Origin: Cyanobacteria bacterium P01_D01_bin.156
GTDB taxonomy: Bacteria > Cyanobacteriota > Cyanobacteriia > Phormidesmidales > Phormidesmidaceae
NCBI GenBank assembly: GCA_039024555.1
Contig: JBCCQQ010000003.1
Coordinates: 128,001-192,000, forward strand
Reading direction: 5' to 3'
DNA length: 64,000 bases
Shown: piece by piece, positions 18,609 to 30,583 of the stretch
Layout: each line of letters begins with the position of its first letter
How positions within the stretch are numbered: position 1 is the first letter of the stretch
Made by a program: the position numbers and the translations under genes
The notes under the pieces: model-generated
The model's input: only the letters and a program-made list of their open reading frames with translations
Databases searched by the model: none
What the model was told of the DNA's origin: nothing

Positions 18609-18845
18609 CGCTAAACCGCAAGCTTCCGTTGCTTTCTACTCTAGCGAAGCCAAGACATATCGCATCAATTGTTGGTCGAGCACCATGAATGAGTTTCATA
18701 TATCTGCCGTATCCGACCCATCTATTTCTTAAGAAGGTCGATAATAATGGATATAGTCTTCATATTGCTGACTTGAGCTCTTGCAGGCCAATGCCTAACT
18801 TCTGACTTAGCAGCAATTCCGCTTCTCTAAATCGCTTTGATATCT

Positions 18846-21800
18846 ATGAACAGCCTTTTCCTTGAACGTCTGCATAGTCCTGAACGGCCCGTCATTGTTT
18901 TTGATGGAGCCATGGGAACCAATTTGCAGGTCCAGGAGCTGACCGCCGATGACTTTGGCGGCCTGGATTACGAGGGCTGTAATGAATATTTAGTGCTCAC
19001 TAAACCTGATGCCGTAGCCAAGGTACATCGCGACTTTTTGGCAGCGGGTGCAGACGTCATTGAAACAGACACCTTTGGTGGCAGCACCTTTGTATTGGCA
19101 GAATATGGGCTGCAGGACCGCGCCTATGAGATGAATAAGGTGGCAGCAGAACTAGCTAAAAGCTGCACTGCAGAATTTTCAACGCCAGAAAAGCCACGGT
19201 TTGTAGCAGGCTCTATTGGTCCTGGCACTAAGCTACCGACCCTAGGCCACATTACCTACGATGAACTGCTGGATGCATTTACTGTTCAAGCAGATGGGTT
19301 ATACGATGGCGGTGTCGATCTATTGATTGTGGAGACCTGCCAAGATGTGCTGCAGATTAAGGCAGCCCTCAATGCTATCGAAGCCGTGTTTGAGAAAAAG
19401 GGTAGTCGCTTACCCCTGATGGTGTCAGTCACCATGGAAACCACTGGCACCATGCTGGTGGGTTCAGACATCACGGCTGTGGTCAGTATTCTGGAACCCT
19501 ATCCCATTGATATTTTGGGGCTGAACTGCGCTACTGGCCCCGACCTGATGACTGAGCATATTAAATATCTGTCGGAGACATCTCCCTTTGTGGTGTCCTG
19601 TGTACCCAATGCGGGTCTGCCGGAAAATATTGGCGGCCATGCTCACTACAAGCTCACTCCCATGGAGCTACGCATGGCCCTGCATCGGTTTGTGGAGGAT
19701 CTTGGGGTGCAGGTGATCGGTGGTTGTTGTGGAACACGGCCAGATCATATTGCAGCGTTGGCGGGGATTGCGGAAGAGTTGTCGCCTAAGGAACGCCAGG
19801 TTCGACTAAGCACAGGGAAAAGGGAACACGGGGGAAAAGGAGCAGAAGAACCTCGCCCTGCTTTTCACTACATACCTTCAGCAGCTTCGATTTATGGGGC
19901 ACAGCCCTATGAACAGGATAATTCGTTCTTGATTGTGGGAGAACGGTTGAATGCTAGCGGTTCGCGAAAGGTCCGGGAACTGCTCAATGAGGATGATTGG
20001 GATGGGTTGATTGCGATCGCAAAACGGCAGGTGAAAGAAGGTGCCCACATTCTTGACGTCAACGTAGATTACGTCGGTCGTAATGGTGAAGCCGACATGC
20101 ACGAAATTGTCTCCCGCCTAGTCACCAATGTCACCCTACCGCTCATGCTCGACTCCACCGAGTGGACCAAAATGGAAGCTGGACTAAAGGTAGCCGGAGG
20201 GAAATGCATTCTCAACTCCACCAACTATGAGGACGGTAACGAGAGATTTTTCAAAGTACTTGAACTAGCCAAAACCTACGGTGCTGGTGTGGTCATCGGC
20301 TGCATTGACGAAGACGGCATGGCCCGTACTGCCGAAAAGAAATTCCAAATCGCCCAGCGAGCATATCGTGACGCTTTAGAATATGGCCTGCCACCCCACG
20401 AGTTGTTCTTCGATACCCTGGCCCTACCCATCTCCACTGGCATTGAAGAAGACCGTGAGAATGCTAAAGCCACCATCGATGCCATTAAAAAAATTCAAGA
20501 GCATCTTCCTGACGTTCACTTTATGCTGGGTGTCTCCAATGTCTCCTTTGGCCTTAGCCCTGCCGCCCGTATCACCCTTAATTCGATGTTTCTACACGAA
20601 GCCATGCAAGTGGGTATGGACGGAGCCATTGTCTCAGCCGCTAAAATTCTCCCCCTCATTAAAATCGATCCTGACCACCAGAAAGTCTGCAAAGATCTGA
20701 TCTACGACAACCGCGAATTCGATGGCGACATCTGCACCTATGACCCCCTGGGTAAGCTAACCACCCTGTTCGAAGGTGTGACCACAAAAGATGCTCGTTC
20801 CTCCGCATCCCTCGCCGATCTACCCATCAATGAACGTCTTAAGCAACACATCATCGATGGCGAACGCATCGGCCTCGAAGAAGCGCTAAAGGTGGCCCTA
20901 GATGGCGGCACTGAGCCTTTGCAAATTATCAATACTTTCCTCCTAGACGGCATGAAAGTGGTGGGTGAACTCTTCGGTTCTGGGCAGATGCAGCTGCCCT
21001 TTGTCCTGCAGTCAGCCCAAACGATGAAAGCTGCCGTAGCGTTCCTTGAACCCTTGATGGATAAAGAAGAGGGTGCAGAGGATTCTGGCAAAGGTAAGTT
21101 TCTTATTGCAACGGTCAAGGGAGATGTTCATGATATCGGCAAAAATCTAGTGGACATTATCCTCACCAACAACGGCTATAAGGTGATTAACCTAGGCATT
21201 AAACAAACCATCGATGCCATTGTCTCCGCCTACGAAGAGCACAAGCCCGACTGTATTGCTATGAGTGGTTTGTTGGTGAAGTCTACTGCCTTTATGAAAG
21301 AGAATCTGACAGTCTTCAACGAAAAGGGAATTTCTGTTCCTGTAATTCTTGGTGGTGCAGCGCTCACCCCCAAATTTGTTTACGGCGACTGTCAGGATAC
21401 CTACAATGGCCAGGTGATTTATGGAAAAGACGCCTTCGCCGATCTCACCTTTATGGATCGATTGATGCCTGCTAAAAAAGAAGCTAGTTGGCAGGATGAA
21501 CAAGGTTTTGTTGGAGATTATGCCCACTATAATCAGAAAGGTCGTAAAGCAATTGAGCAGGCTGAAGCTGAGCTAAACGGCGGCACAAAAAAAGAAGAGA
21601 AAAAAGCACCCGAGGTCGTTGACACGAAGCGTTCTGAGGCGGTAGAGATCGATATTGCCCGCCCCACGCCTCCTTTTTGGGGCACTAAGGTGCTCAAGCC
21701 TGAAGACTTTGATATGGATGAGCTTTACTGGCATCTGGATAAGCAAGCATTATTTGTCGGCCAGTGGCAGTTTCGTAAACCCAAAGATCAAACTCGTGAG

Positions 21801-22487
21801 GAGTATGATCAGTTTTTAGCCGAGAAGGTTCATCCTGTTCTGGCAGAATGGAAACAGAAGATAAAAGACGAAAACCTTCTGCATCCACAGCTGATTTATG
21901 GTTACTTCCCCTGTACTGCAGAGGGTAACTCTGTTCATGTGTATGATCCGGTCGTGATTGAAAAGGGCCTTACTTCAAAGGATGCAGAGCCCTTGTTTAG
22001 CTGGGAGTTCCCTCGGCAAAGATCTATGCGTCGTTTGTGCATTGCCGACTTCTTCTTGCCCAAAGAACAGAATCAGTTCGATGTCTTTCCCATGCAAGCA
22101 GTTACTGTTGGACAGATTTCAGCAGACTATGCTCGGCAGCTTTTTGCAGAGGATAAATATACCGATTACCTTTATTTTCACGGTTTAGCGGTTCAAATGG
22201 CAGAGGCCATGGCGGAATGGTGCCATGCGTTAATTCGAAAGGAATTGGGCTACGGCGATCAAGAACCTGACAACATTCGCGATATGCTCGCTCAGCGCTA
22301 TCAGGGCAGTCGCTACAGCTTTGGGTATCCCGCTTGCCCGAATGTTCCAGACCAAGCTAAGCAGCTGGAGGTACTAGGTACTGAACGCATCGGTATGACC
22401 ATGGATGAAAGCGACCAGCTCTATCCAGAAGAATCCACCACGGCAATCATTACGTACCATCCAACCGCTAAATACTTCAGCGCATAA
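18846..22487 (+). CDS. metH: Cobalamin-dependent methionine synthase
   Basis: [33 protein letters not shown]. Confidence 0.98.
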   Translation: MNSLFLERLHSPERPVIVFDGAMGTNLQVQELTADDFGGLDYEGCNEYLVLTKPDAVAKVHRDFLAAGADVIETDTFGGSTFVLAEYGLQDRAYEMNKVAAELAKSCTAEFSTPEKPRFVAGSIGPGTKLPTLGHITYDELLDAFTVQADGLYDGGVDLLIVETCQDVLQIKAALNAIEAVFEKKGSRLPLMVSVTMETTGTMLVGSDITAVVSILEPYPIDILGLNCATGPDLMTEHIKYLSETSPFVVSCVPNAGLPENIGGHAHYKLTPMELRMALHRFVEDLGVQVIGGCCGTRPDHIAALAGIAEELSPKERQVRLSTGKREHGGKGAEEPRPAFHYIPSAASIYGAQPYEQDNSFLIVGERLNASGSRKVRELLNEDDWDGLIAIAKRQVKEGAHILDVNVDYVGRNGEADMHEIVSRLVTNVTLPLMLDSTEWTKMEAGLKVAGGKCILNSTNYEDGNERFFKVLELAKTYGAGVVIGCIDEDGMARTAEKKFQIAQRAYRDALEYGLPPHELFFDTLALPISTGIEEDRENAKATIDAIKKIQEHLPDVHFMLGVSNVSFGLSPAARITLNSMFLHEAMQVGMDGAIVSAAKILPLIKIDPDHQKVCKDLIYDNREFDGDICTYDPLGKLTTLFEGVTTKDARSSASLADLPINERLKQHIIDGERIGLEEALKVALDGGTEPLQIINTFLLDGMKVVGELFGSGQMQLPFVLQSAQTMKAAVAFLEPLMDKEEGAEDSGKGKFLIATVKGDVHDIGKNLVDIILTNNGYKVINLGIKQTIDAIVSAYEEHKPDCIAMSGLLVKSTAFMKENLTVFNEKGISVPVILGGAALTPKFVYGDCQDTYNGQVIYGKDAFADLTFMDRLMPAKKEASWQDEQGFVGDYAHYNQKGRKAIEQAEAELNGGTKKEEKKAPEVVDTKRSEAVEIDIARPTPPFWGTKVLKPEDFDMDELYWHLDKQALFVGQWQFRKPKDQTREEYDQFLAEKVHPVLAEWKQKIKDENLLHPQLIYGYFPCTAEGNSVHVYDPVVIEKGLTSKDAEPLFSWEFPRQRSMRRLCIADFFLPKEQNQFDVFPMQAVTVGQISADYARQLFAEDKYTDYLYFHGLAVQMAEAMAEWCHALIRKELGYGDQEPDNIRDMLAQRYQGSRYSFGYPACPNVPDQAKQLEVLGTERIGMTMDESDQLYPEESTTAIITYHPTAKYFSA

Positions 22488-22502
22488 ATTTCACATATCC
22501 TT

Positions 22503-22523
22503 GTAGGGTGGGCAATGCCCACC
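22503..22523 (+). repeat. REP-like palindrome
   Basis: GTAG followed by GGTGGGCA-A-TGCCCACC. Confidence 0.6.
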
Positions 22524-22556
22524 TTCTCTTTTGGTAAAACGTTGAGGCCAGAACCA

Positions 22557-23189
22557 ATGTCCAGCCACCGCGTTCCTATCCTCAAACCGGATCAGTCCTA
22601 TACCTTTGCCAGTTATTTCAAAATGAAGTTTCCGGTGGCAGAGATTTTAAAAGAGTTAGGTGTAACGTTTGATGTTGCGTCTATTGAGTTTCAGCAAACC
22701 TCACAGGAATTATTGTCCGTTGCTGACGCTCTTAAAACACGGTTAGAAAACCGTCGGCAGCGAGTCCGACTCACAAGCGAGGCGGCACGACGAGAAGCCC
22801 TGGTTGCACCAGTTTTACTAGAAGTTGCGGATTTGACCCAGGCGATTGTCAATATTGAATATCCCGTAGAGGTGAATCAGTATCTCAGTGGAGATTTGGA
22901 TTATCTATTAGAAGCCCAGCATCGAGTGTTAGTGGTTGAGGCAAAACAGGCGAATTTAACGCGTGGGTTTACCCAATTAGCGATGGAGTTAATTGCCCTG
23001 GATCAGTGGGTTGAACTCAGTGATCCCATTTTGTATGGGGCAATTACCACAGGTGATATCTGGCAGTTTGGCAGTTTTAACCGCGTTGCCAAAAAAATTA
23101 CTCAAGATACTATGCTTTACCGTGTGCCTACGGATCTAGCACAGTTAATGCAAATCCTGGTGAGTATCTTGCAAGCGGAAGAGGGATAG
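22557..23189 (+). CDS. Hypothetical protein, PD-(D/E)XK-like (HsdR N-terminal-like) fold
   Basis: SEAARREALVAP, GDLDYLL, VVEAK, YGAITTGDIWQF. Confidence 0.7.
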   Translation: MSSHRVPILKPDQSYTFASYFKMKFPVAEILKELGVTFDVASIEFQQTSQELLSVADALKTRLENRRQRVRLTSEAARREALVAPVLLEVADLTQAIVNIEYPVEVNQYLSGDLDYLLEAQHRVLVVEAKQANLTRGFTQLAMELIALDQWVELSDPILYGAITTGDIWQFGSFNRVAKKITQDTMLYRVPTDLAQLMQILVSILQAEEG

Positions 23190-23203
23190 CAAGGATTCAA
23201 ACA

Positions 23204-23560
23204 ATGGCTGACAAAGCGACTCAAATTGCTACCAGTTTGCGCAAGGCACTCTTGGAAAACGGACCTATGGTGCAGGCTTTGTATAAGTATGAACTAGAGG
23301 AAAATATTGACTATTGGCATAAATCCATACTGAAAGATAAGGAAGACTTTGCCATTGTCATCACTGAAAATCGTAGGCATGTAGCTATGCTGTTGATCGA
23401 TACTGATAAAACTTTGTATATCAACGAAGCCGCTCGCGAGAAGTTACAAAGTCTGTGGCCTCAAACTTATATGCAGAATATGCTGAAGTTCATTCCGATG
23501 ATCGTAGATGACGTGCTAGACAATCATTTCTTTTTTACTGGAGTCAAGATTCACAAATAG
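23204..23560 (+). CDS. Hypothetical protein
   Basis: 118-aa ORF with AGGA RBS, 14 nt after the previous gene. Confidence 0.7.
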   Translation: MADKATQIATSLRKALLENGPMVQALYKYELEENIDYWHKSILKDKEDFAIVITENRRHVAMLLIDTDKTLYINEAAREKLQSLWPQTYMQNMLKFIPMIVDDVLDNHFFFTGVKIHK

Positions 23561-23857
23561 TGGCTTCTCAAACGCCAGCCTATTGTTATATCAATCTGAA
23601 CCAGAGAAGATATTGAAATCTAATCCTCAGGTTTTGTCTAAAATTTTACTTGGGTAATGGCTTCAAAGATAATTATTACTTTGCTTATCTAAGAGTCGTT
23701 AGATTGCGATCGCTCCACCTCAATTCCTGACCCACATTACAAAAGCGTAAGATGTGCAGCTTCGCTCTTCATCATGGCCAAACCCCTATTTATAGTGGAT
23801 AGAAGCACTGGTCTTTGCCTAAGACAGTCTAATTCTGTTGAGAGACGTAGATAATCA

Positions 23858-24220
23858 ATGAAAGCAATTTTGACTGCAATCCTGGCGATCGCTGCCAGTG
23901 TACTATTTGTATTGCCTGCCTTTGCAGCTGATGACTACATCGGTGATGTAGCTGCTGGAGAGAAAGTTTTTGAGAAAAACTGTGCCACATGCCACGCAGG
24001 TGGCAACAACGCCATTATTTCCTCTCAAACGCTAAAGCAAGAAGCGCTCGAGCAGTATTTATTCAACTATCGCCTTGAGCATAATGTAGAAGCAATTGAG
24101 TATCAGGTAGCAAACGGACGAGGAGCAATGCCTGCTTTTCAAGGACGTATTCGTGACAAGGATATTGCTGATGTAGCAGCTTACGTAAAAGCTCAATCTG
24201 AAAGTGGTTGGCCCGAATAA
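23858..24220 (+). CDS. petJ: Cytochrome c6 family protein
   Basis: AFA signal cleavage, CATCH heme motif, YQV, GAMPAF axial Met. Confidence 0.8.
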   Translation: MKAILTAILAIAASVLFVLPAFAADDYIGDVAAGEKVFEKNCATCHAGGNNAIISSQTLKQEALEQYLFNYRLEHNVEAIEYQVANGRGAMPAFQGRIRDKDIADVAAYVKAQSESGWPE

Positions 24221-24222
24221 TA

Positions 24223-24257
24223 AGTTCGGAGTTCAGAATTTAGAAGTCGGAATTTAG
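24223..24257 (+). repeat. Degenerate heptamer tandem repeat, 5 units
   Basis: AGTTCGG AGTTCAG AATTTAG AAGTCGG AATTTAG. Confidence 0.6.
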
Positions 24258-24275
24258 GAAAAAGCCCCATCATAA

Positions 24276-24305
24276 AAAGAGTGCTGAGTATATTCAGCAC
24301 TCTTT
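24276..24305. terminator. Bidirectional terminator between petJ and ndhE
   Basis: AAAGAGTGCTGA-GTATAT-TCAGCACTCTTT. Confidence 0.75.
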
Positions 24306-24408
24306 CTATTGTATAAATTTCGTCACCTGTATTTTCAAACCATTGATGCGTGCCGTAAAAGAGCTAGGTAAATTTTCACCTTCCGCATTCCGACTTCCAA
24401 GTTGTCCT

Positions 24409-24714
24409 CTACCACTTCAACAAATTGAACTGTTCCATATCGACCGTGTCGCGATTTCGATAAATCGAAAGCACAATTGCCAGACCTACAGCCGCTTCAG
24501 CAGCCGCAATGGTAATCACAAACACAGCAAATACCTGTCCCTTGATTTCAGCAGGGTCCAAATAATTGGAAAACGCCATCAAGTTTAGGTTAACCGCATT
24601 TAGCATCAGCTCAATAGACATCAATACACGGATCACATTGCGACTCGTGACTAAGCCATAAATACCCACACAAAACAGGGCAGCAGCAAGAATCAAAAAA
24701 TACTCTAGTTGCAT
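24409..24714 (-). CDS. ndhE: NDH-1 subunit NdhE (NuoK)
   Basis: [23 protein letters not shown]. Confidence 0.97.
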   Translation of the reverse strand: MQLEYFLILAAALFCVGIYGLVTSRNVIRVLMSIELMLNAVNLNLMAFSNYLDPAEIKGQVFAVFVITIAAAEAAVGLAIVLSIYRNRDTVDMEQFNLLKW

Positions 24715-24757
24715 AACTTACCTAACGTTTTCACTGAAAAGCTGAATAGAAATTACT

Positions 24758-25366
24758 TTAGCTATCCTGAGCATCTGTAGCAGCTGGAACAAGCTCGCGA
24801 GGGCGTTCCCGCAAAGTTAGGACCTTCTGCTCATTATCTGGCTCTTCATCAGGCACATATTCACGGCGAGCCAAAATAATTGCCCCTACTAAAGCCATCA
24901 GCAGTAGAACCGAAGCCAGCTCAAACGGTAGCAGAAAATCACTAAAGAAATGCATGCCGATTATCTCAATAGCTGCTTCACCCGCTGGAGCAGCGGATGA
25001 CAGTTGCCATGGGGTAGCCAGCACCATAGAACTCAACAAACTGAACAACCCTAGACAAACTAATGCCGTAGCGACTTTACCAATCCAAGCATTCGCAACT
25101 GGCTGAAAATCTTCTCGCTTATTCACCAGCATGATGCCAAACAGGATCAAAATATTGACCGCACCTACATAAACCAAGACCTGCGCTGACGCCACAAAGC
25201 CTGCATTCAGTAGAATATACAGCCCTGAAATGCTGATAAAGACCATTGCCAGCAAAAAGGCTGAATAAACAATGTTAGAAAGCAACACCACACCTAGGGC
25301 GGCTGCCAGCATCAAGACACCAAGAATGCCAAGGGAAACAAGTTGTACGCCTTCTGCTAAGTTCAC
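24758..25366 (-). CDS. ndhG: NDH-1 subunit NdhG (NuoJ)
   Basis: AQVLVYVGAVNILILFGIML, PFELASVLLL. Confidence 0.97.
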   Translation of the reverse strand: MNLAEGVQLVSLGILGVLMLAAALGVVLLSNIVYSAFLLAMVFISISGLYILLNAGFVASAQVLVYVGAVNILILFGIMLVNKREDFQPVANAWIGKVATALVCLGLFSLLSSMVLATPWQLSSAAPAGEAAIEIIGMHFFSDFLLPFELASVLLLMALVGAIILARREYVPDEEPDNEQKVLTLRERPRELVPAATDAQDS

Positions 25367-25447
25367 TACTACTCCAATCGTTTAAGCGTCTACATAAGCT
25401 CAAGGGTCATCATTAACCCTGCACCAATTATTAAAGCCAATAAAGAC

Positions 25448-26068
25448 TTAATCGCTAGCTTTTTCTTCCGATTTACTTGATTTAGAAGATTCTAGATCTT
25501 CCAAGATCTCTTGGGGTAGTTTACCAGCGCGACGGGACCCTTCAGGTAATTCATGGGGATCCATCACACCTTTAGGCAAATAAGCCAGTTCACGCATAGG
25601 CGTCACCATTGGATCGTCAGTAACCTTATAAGGTAGACGTCCCAAAGCTACGTTGTCATAGTTCAGCTCATGACGGTCGTAAGCAGCCAGCTCATATTCT
25701 TCCGTCATAGAAAGACAGTTGGTGGGACAATACTCCACACAATTGCCACAGAAGATACAAACTCCAAAGTCAATGCTGTAATGATCTAAAGTTTTTTTCT
25801 TAGTCGCCTTATCAAAGGTCCAGTCAACTACCGGCAAATTAATAGGACAAACACGAACACAAACTTCACACGAAATACACTTATCAAATTCAAAGTGAAT
25901 GCGACCACGATAACGCTCAGATGGAATCAGCTTCTCGTAAGGATATTGCACCGTCACAGGACGACGCTTCATATGGTCAAAGGTCACCGATAAACCTTGG
26001 CCAATATACTTGGCAGCTTGGACGGTTTCCTTGGCGTAATCGCCAACTTGCTTGAGAAAGTTGAGCAT
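25448..26068 (-). CDS. ndhI: NDH-1 subunit NdhI
   Basis: Two CxxCxxCxxxCP motifs; GGAGG RBS before ATG 26068. Confidence 0.97.
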   Translation of the reverse strand: MLNFLKQVGDYAKETVQAAKYIGQGLSVTFDHMKRRPVTVQYPYEKLIPSERYRGRIHFEFDKCISCEVCVRVCPINLPVVDWTFDKATKKKTLDHYSIDFGVCIFCGNCVEYCPTNCLSMTEEYELAAYDRHELNYDNVALGRLPYKVTDDPMVTPMRELAYLPKGVMDPHELPEGSRRAGKLPQEILEDLESSKSSKSEEKASD

Positions 26069-26072
26069 GGTT

Positions 26073-27191
26073 TTACCCTCCAAACGCAAATGGGAATGCG
26101 AGCTTGAGTGCAGCTGTCAGTAAAAGATTTACTAACGCAACTGGCAACAAAAACTTCCAACCTAAATCGAGTAGCTGGTCGATGCGCACCCGAGGTACGG
26201 TCCAACGCAACAGAACAGCCAAGAAGACTAAAAAGTAAGCCTTGATCAAGGTCATCACGATGCCAAGAGCAGCAGTAATAACCTGTACCCAAGGTGTGGT
26301 TTCACTAATACCCAAACCACCAGCTATCCATTCAACGGGAATGGGAAAACTCCATCCCCCCAGATATAGAACCGAAACTAGCATTGCCGACAGGACCAGG
26401 TTGACGTAGGACCCCACATAAAAGAGGCCAAACTTCATACCGCCATACTCGGTCTGGTATCCAGCAACGATTTCTTCCTCTGCTTCAGGCAAATCGAAGG
26501 GAAGACGCTCACATTCTGCCAGAGCTGCAATCCAAAAGAGGACAAATCCAACCGGCTGCCGCCAGATGTTCCAACTCAGGATGCCGTATCCTGCCTGCTG
26601 ATTAACGATATCAATGGTACTCAGACTATTGGACATCATCACAATAGCCAGTACAGCTAAGGCTAAGGGAATCTCATAACTGATGGACTGGGCCGTAGCG
26701 CGTAATCCACCCAACAAGGAGTATTTATTGTTGGAAGAATACCCAGACATCAAGAGCCCAATAGGGGTCACACTAGAAAGGGCAATCCACAGAAAAATGC
26801 CCACGCCTAAATCAGTGATCACCATATTCTGCCCGAAGGGCACCACAAGATAGGAGACAAACACTGGAATAACCACCAGGGCAGGCCCTAACGTAAAGAG
26901 AATTGGATCGGCCTGAGCGGGATTAATGTCTTCTTTGAAAATCAGTTTCACACCGTCAGCAGTTGCCTGTAGTGCACCTAGAGGACCCACATATTCAGGA
27001 CCAATTCGCTGCTGGGCAGCCGCAGAAACCTTTCTTTCTAGCCAGACTGCAATAAAGATACTAACGGTAGCCGCGATTAGAATCAGGGCCATAGGCAGTG
27101 GCATCCACACTACCTTGGCAACTCCTGGAGGTACCCCTAAAGAAACGAGTATTTCAATAAAACTCCCTTGTAGGTCGATTCCAGAACTCAT
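26073..27191 (-). CDS. ndhA: NDH-1 subunit NdhA (NuoH)
   Basis: [26 protein letters not shown]. Confidence 0.97.
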   Translation of the reverse strand: MSSGIDLQGSFIEILVSLGVPPGVAKVVWMPLPMALILIAATVSIFIAVWLERKVSAAAQQRIGPEYVGPLGALQATADGVKLIFKEDINPAQADPILFTLGPALVVIPVFVSYLVVPFGQNMVITDLGVGIFLWIALSSVTPIGLLMSGYSSNNKYSLLGGLRATAQSISYEIPLALAVLAIVMMSNSLSTIDIVNQQAGYGILSWNIWRQPVGFVLFWIAALAECERLPFDLPEAEEEIVAGYQTEYGGMKFGLFYVGSYVNLVLSAMLVSVLYLGGWSFPIPVEWIAGGLGISETTPWVQVITAALGIVMTLIKAYFLVFLAVLLRWTVPRVRIDQLLDLGWKFLLPVALVNLLLTAALKLAFPFAFGG

Positions 27192-27346
27192 ACTCAATAC
27201 GTATAAACAAATTGGAGGGCCAAGTTAGATGTTCCTAACCAAATTCCCTAATGATTTTAACGCTTAATATGTCTTCAAAGGTGAAATCCAGACATCACAG
27301 TAATAGGAATTACTACTTATGTGTCATAGATAACCGGAATTCATAC

Positions 27347-27377
27347 AAAAACCCCCTCCGATATGCATCGGAGGGGG
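27347..27377 (-). terminator. Intrinsic terminator after gltA
   Basis: CCCCCTCCGAT-ATGC-ATCGGAGGGGG with a T-run on the minus strand. Confidence 0.75.
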
Positions 27378-27473
27378 CTGGAGTTCCTGAAAATCGTCAC
27401 TGACATTAGTCTCGTTCGATTTCTCAGTATTGACAAGGGGGGTGATGCCCATCACAGGGGTAAGTATCCGGAT

Positions 27474-28667
27474 TTATACGGAGACATTGCTGGTAGTGTT
27501 AGGGGTTGGCACCTGCTTATCCCAAAGCTGTAGGCGCTCTGCAATATTGATATAGGGCTGCTCATGGGGGCCTGTATAAATTTGTGTGGGTCGAAAAATT
27601 CGATTTTCGGCTAGCTGTTCTTTCCAATGGGCTAACCAGCCAGCTACCCGTGCGATCGCAAAGATTGGTGTAAACAAATCCGTGGGAATTCCTAATTTGC
27701 GATAAACCAAACCAGAATAAAAGTCCACATTAGGGTAAACCCCCTTTGAACCAAGGCGCTCAGTAACCGCTGTTTCTAACTCTAGTGCGATCGCATAATA
27801 TTCATCCTGACCAAACTTTTCAAAGAGTTGTTCAGCTAACCCCTGCAAAATCACAGCTCGAGGGTCTTTAACTTTATACACTCGATGACCAAATCCCATA
27901 ATCTTAGATTTACTCGCCATGCGCTTCTCAACATAGGGACGCACATTTTCCACAGAGCCAATCTCTTGAAGCATCGCAATAACTTCTTCATTGGCGCCAC
28001 CATGGAGCGGTCCCGCTAATGTACCGACCGCTGAAGCTACAACCGCATAGGGATCCGTCAGCGTAGACGCGGTCACCATGGCAGAAAATGTAGACGCATT
28101 AATGGTGTGTTCAGCATGCAGCGTCAGACACACATCAAAAATACGCGCCGCTAGTGGATCAGGTTCTTCTTCATTGAGCATGTATAGGAAGTTAGCCGCA
28201 TAGTCTAAATCATCGCGAGGTTGCACCGGGTCATTACCCTGACGCATCAGTTTAAATGCCGCTACCATCGTGGGGATTTTAGCGAGTAACCGCACTACAG
28301 CCGCTTGAATATACGCAGGATTTTCCAAAGCACGGCGAGAATAAAATAGACCTAACGCCGCTGCACAAGCTTGGAGCGCATCCATCGGGTGACCACTTTC
28401 AGGAAAGCACTTCATCATGTCGCGGATACGATATTTCAACCTGCGATGGTGCTGAATTTCGTCCTTAAATACGTCCAGCTCCTGTTTAGTCGGTAGGCCA
28501 CCCCAAATCAGTAGATAGGCCGTTTCCAAAAATGTGCTTTTTTGAGCCAGTTCCTCGATGCGAATGCCTCGGTACTCTAAAATCCCGTCATTCCCATCAA
28601 CAAAGCTGATACTAGATTCTGTCGCAGGAATCCCCTCTAAACCAGGGCGATATTCGCATAGGGTCAT
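27474..28667 (-). CDS. gltA: Citrate synthase
   Basis: LHAEHTINAST, GPLHGGANE, GFGHRVYK, YPNVDFYSG. Confidence 0.97.
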   Translation of the reverse strand: MTLCEYRPGLEGIPATESSISFVDGNDGILEYRGIRIEELAQKSTFLETAYLLIWGGLPTKQELDVFKDEIQHHRRLKYRIRDMMKCFPESGHPMDALQACAAALGLFYSRRALENPAYIQAAVVRLLAKIPTMVAAFKLMRQGNDPVQPRDDLDYAANFLYMLNEEEPDPLAARIFDVCLTLHAEHTINASTFSAMVTASTLTDPYAVVASAVGTLAGPLHGGANEEVIAMLQEIGSVENVRPYVEKRMASKSKIMGFGHRVYKVKDPRAVILQGLAEQLFEKFGQDEYYAIALELETAVTERLGSKGVYPNVDFYSGLVYRKLGIPTDLFTPIFAIARVAGWLAHWKEQLAENRIFRPTQIYTGPHEQPYINIAERLQLWDKQVPTPNTTSNVSV

Positions 28668-28803
28668 CTTCAATCGTCCGCATGCTGTGCTTGTTTATGT
28701 CTTAAGGATATCGATAACTGAACTATTCACAAACAATCAAAAAAAATTGCCACCTCAGACTTTCTAAGCCGAGGCCTGCGGTGCGGAAAAACCAACACCC
28801 TCA

Positions 28804-29325
28804 CTACAGAATGAAGCGTGGCGGAGCTAACCAGAACAGATGGCTATTCCTCAATGGCTGATCGATCCTAGGAATATTGATGCCAATAATGCCCGCTTTT
28901 TTCAACGTCCATTGTTCGCCACTTTTGCCGTGAACTAGCTGCTGTGCCCAATGGCTGAGATCAGGCTCATGGCCGACTAAGGCGATTATTCGATATTCAA
29001 TCTGCAGATTGCTGAACCAGCCCAACCAATCATCGATACTGCCACCTGGCGCCAAGGGATTAAAGACTTGATAAGTACTCACTAAACCGGCTTCGCATAA
29101 AATCTCGGCTGTTTGCACAGCTCGAACCAGGGGGCTTGTCAGTAAGGTATCGAAACGGATCCCAAACGTTGTTAGCCGTTTAGCAATTCTACGAGTTTTA
29201 TCAATCCCTTTGTTCACCAAGGGCCTTTGTTCATCATCTTTATAGGTACCACGCTCTGCAGCAATGCCATGGCGAATAAAGTACACCTGCGTAAACGAAA
29301 GCTCATCAGCTTGGTGCTGCTGCAT
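28804..29325 (-). CDS. sixA: Phosphohistidine phosphatase SixA
   Basis: IRHG, SPLVRAVQTA, VGHEP. Confidence 0.9.
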   Translation of the reverse strand: MQQHQADELSFTQVYFIRHGIAAERGTYKDDEQRPLVNKGIDKTRRIAKRLTTFGIRFDTLLTSPLVRAVQTAEILCEAGLVSTYQVFNPLAPGGSIDDWLGWFSNLQIEYRIIALVGHEPDLSHWAQQLVHGKSGEQWTLKKAGIIGINIPRIDQPLRNSHLFWLAPPRFIL

Positions 29326-29355
29326 CGTAAATTACCACTTCAAAGTCTAAATTCC

Positions 29356-30531
29356 TTAATCGGTGTTGATCACACCATCTTCTGGATTAATCAGCTTCAA
29401 TAGCTTTTGCTTAATTTGCACATCAAACACTTCCCATTTGAGGCGATTATAATCGCCATTTTCATAAAATCCCGATAAGAAACCCACAGGAACTTCAAAG
29501 CCACCAGCCATGGAGCGGCCACCCCCAAAAAACCTGCCCTGCTCGTCTTGGCCGAAGGCTTCTTTAATAAATTCGTCAGGATCGAGGGTTATTTTGCTGG
29601 TGCGCAAAGAACCAATTACCACCTCACGTTCATCGTCCTCATCATGGACAATGCCGTAAACAACAGCCGTGTGGACATCCTCTTCAGTCAGTAAAAAGTC
29701 AGTTGCCTGAGGAATAGCATCACGATCTTCGTAACGCAAATAGCCAACACCCGCAATGGAGACACTATTCTGGATTTTACGATTGCGTAATGAACGCTCG
29801 ATAACATCCATGGCTCGCTTTGAGCGCGATGCTTGCAAAATAGCGCTGAGGAGCTGCGCATCATAGTACTGACTTAAATAAGCGGCCGCCAAAAAGTCCG
29901 CTTCAGCAGCTTGCATTAAATGACCAGTGTCAGATCGTAAGCCATGCATCAACGCCGTTGCACACTTAACATGTTTGCTATTGCTGCGATCTAAATCTAA
30001 CAGTCCTGATTGCAGATACTCAGTCAATATCGTTGCTGTAGCTCGAGTATCTGGACGAATATCCGCAAATTCTGCCTTCGGAGTATCCTGCAGTTTATGG
30101 TGATCTATCACCACTAACAAAGGAATATCAGCTGTATTCACCCGATCCAGCAGCTGACTTGTAGTCCCCTGGGTATCAATTAAGACATAACCTGCATACT
30201 GAGCGATGTCTGGTGGTTTTTGATTAGACCAACGCTTAGCAGGCAAATTGGTTAACTTAACCAGAGCAATATTTTCTTGATGGCTCAGGGTTCCTGAATA
30301 AAATATGTCGCAATCTATATCGTATGTGGCAGCGATTAACTGATAGGCCCATGCTGCAGATAATGCATCAGGATCTGGAAAATCTTGTAGCAAAACCAGC
30401 TGCCGACTAGAGGCATGGGTAATCAGTAAATGCTTAAGACCGGCAGCAGGACCATTACTCAAATCCATATCTGCTCGATAACTCATCTGGTTATGAGATT
30501 TCAGTAATATGTCTTGGGATGCCATACACAA
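29356..30531 (-). CDS. DHH family phosphoesterase (NrnA-like)
   Basis: PDPDAL, IDHH, GLRSDT, GGGR. Confidence 0.88.
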   Translation of the reverse strand: MCMASQDILLKSHNQMSYRADMDLSNGPAAGLKHLLITHASSRQLVLLQDFPDPDALSAAWAYQLIAATYDIDCDIFYSGTLSHQENIALVKLTNLPAKRWSNQKPPDIAQYAGYVLIDTQGTTSQLLDRVNTADIPLLVVIDHHKLQDTPKAEFADIRPDTRATATILTEYLQSGLLDLDRSNSKHVKCATALMHGLRSDTGHLMQAAEADFLAAAYLSQYYDAQLLSAILQASRSKRAMDVIERSLRNRKIQNSVSIAGVGYLRYEDRDAIPQATDFLLTEEDVHTAVVYGIVHDEDDEREVVIGSLRTSKITLDPDEFIKEAFGQDEQGRFFGGGRSMAGGFEVPVGFLSGFYENGDYNRLKWEVFDVQIKQKLLKLINPEDGVINTD

Positions 30532-30583
30532 ATGCAGTTAAAAGTGGAAATTAGAAGGCTGTAAGAAAGAAATCGGTATTGGC

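Noticed and set aside
18609..18845. Cobalamin or SAM riboswitch upstream of metH
   Set aside because: No recognisable B12-box or SAM consensus
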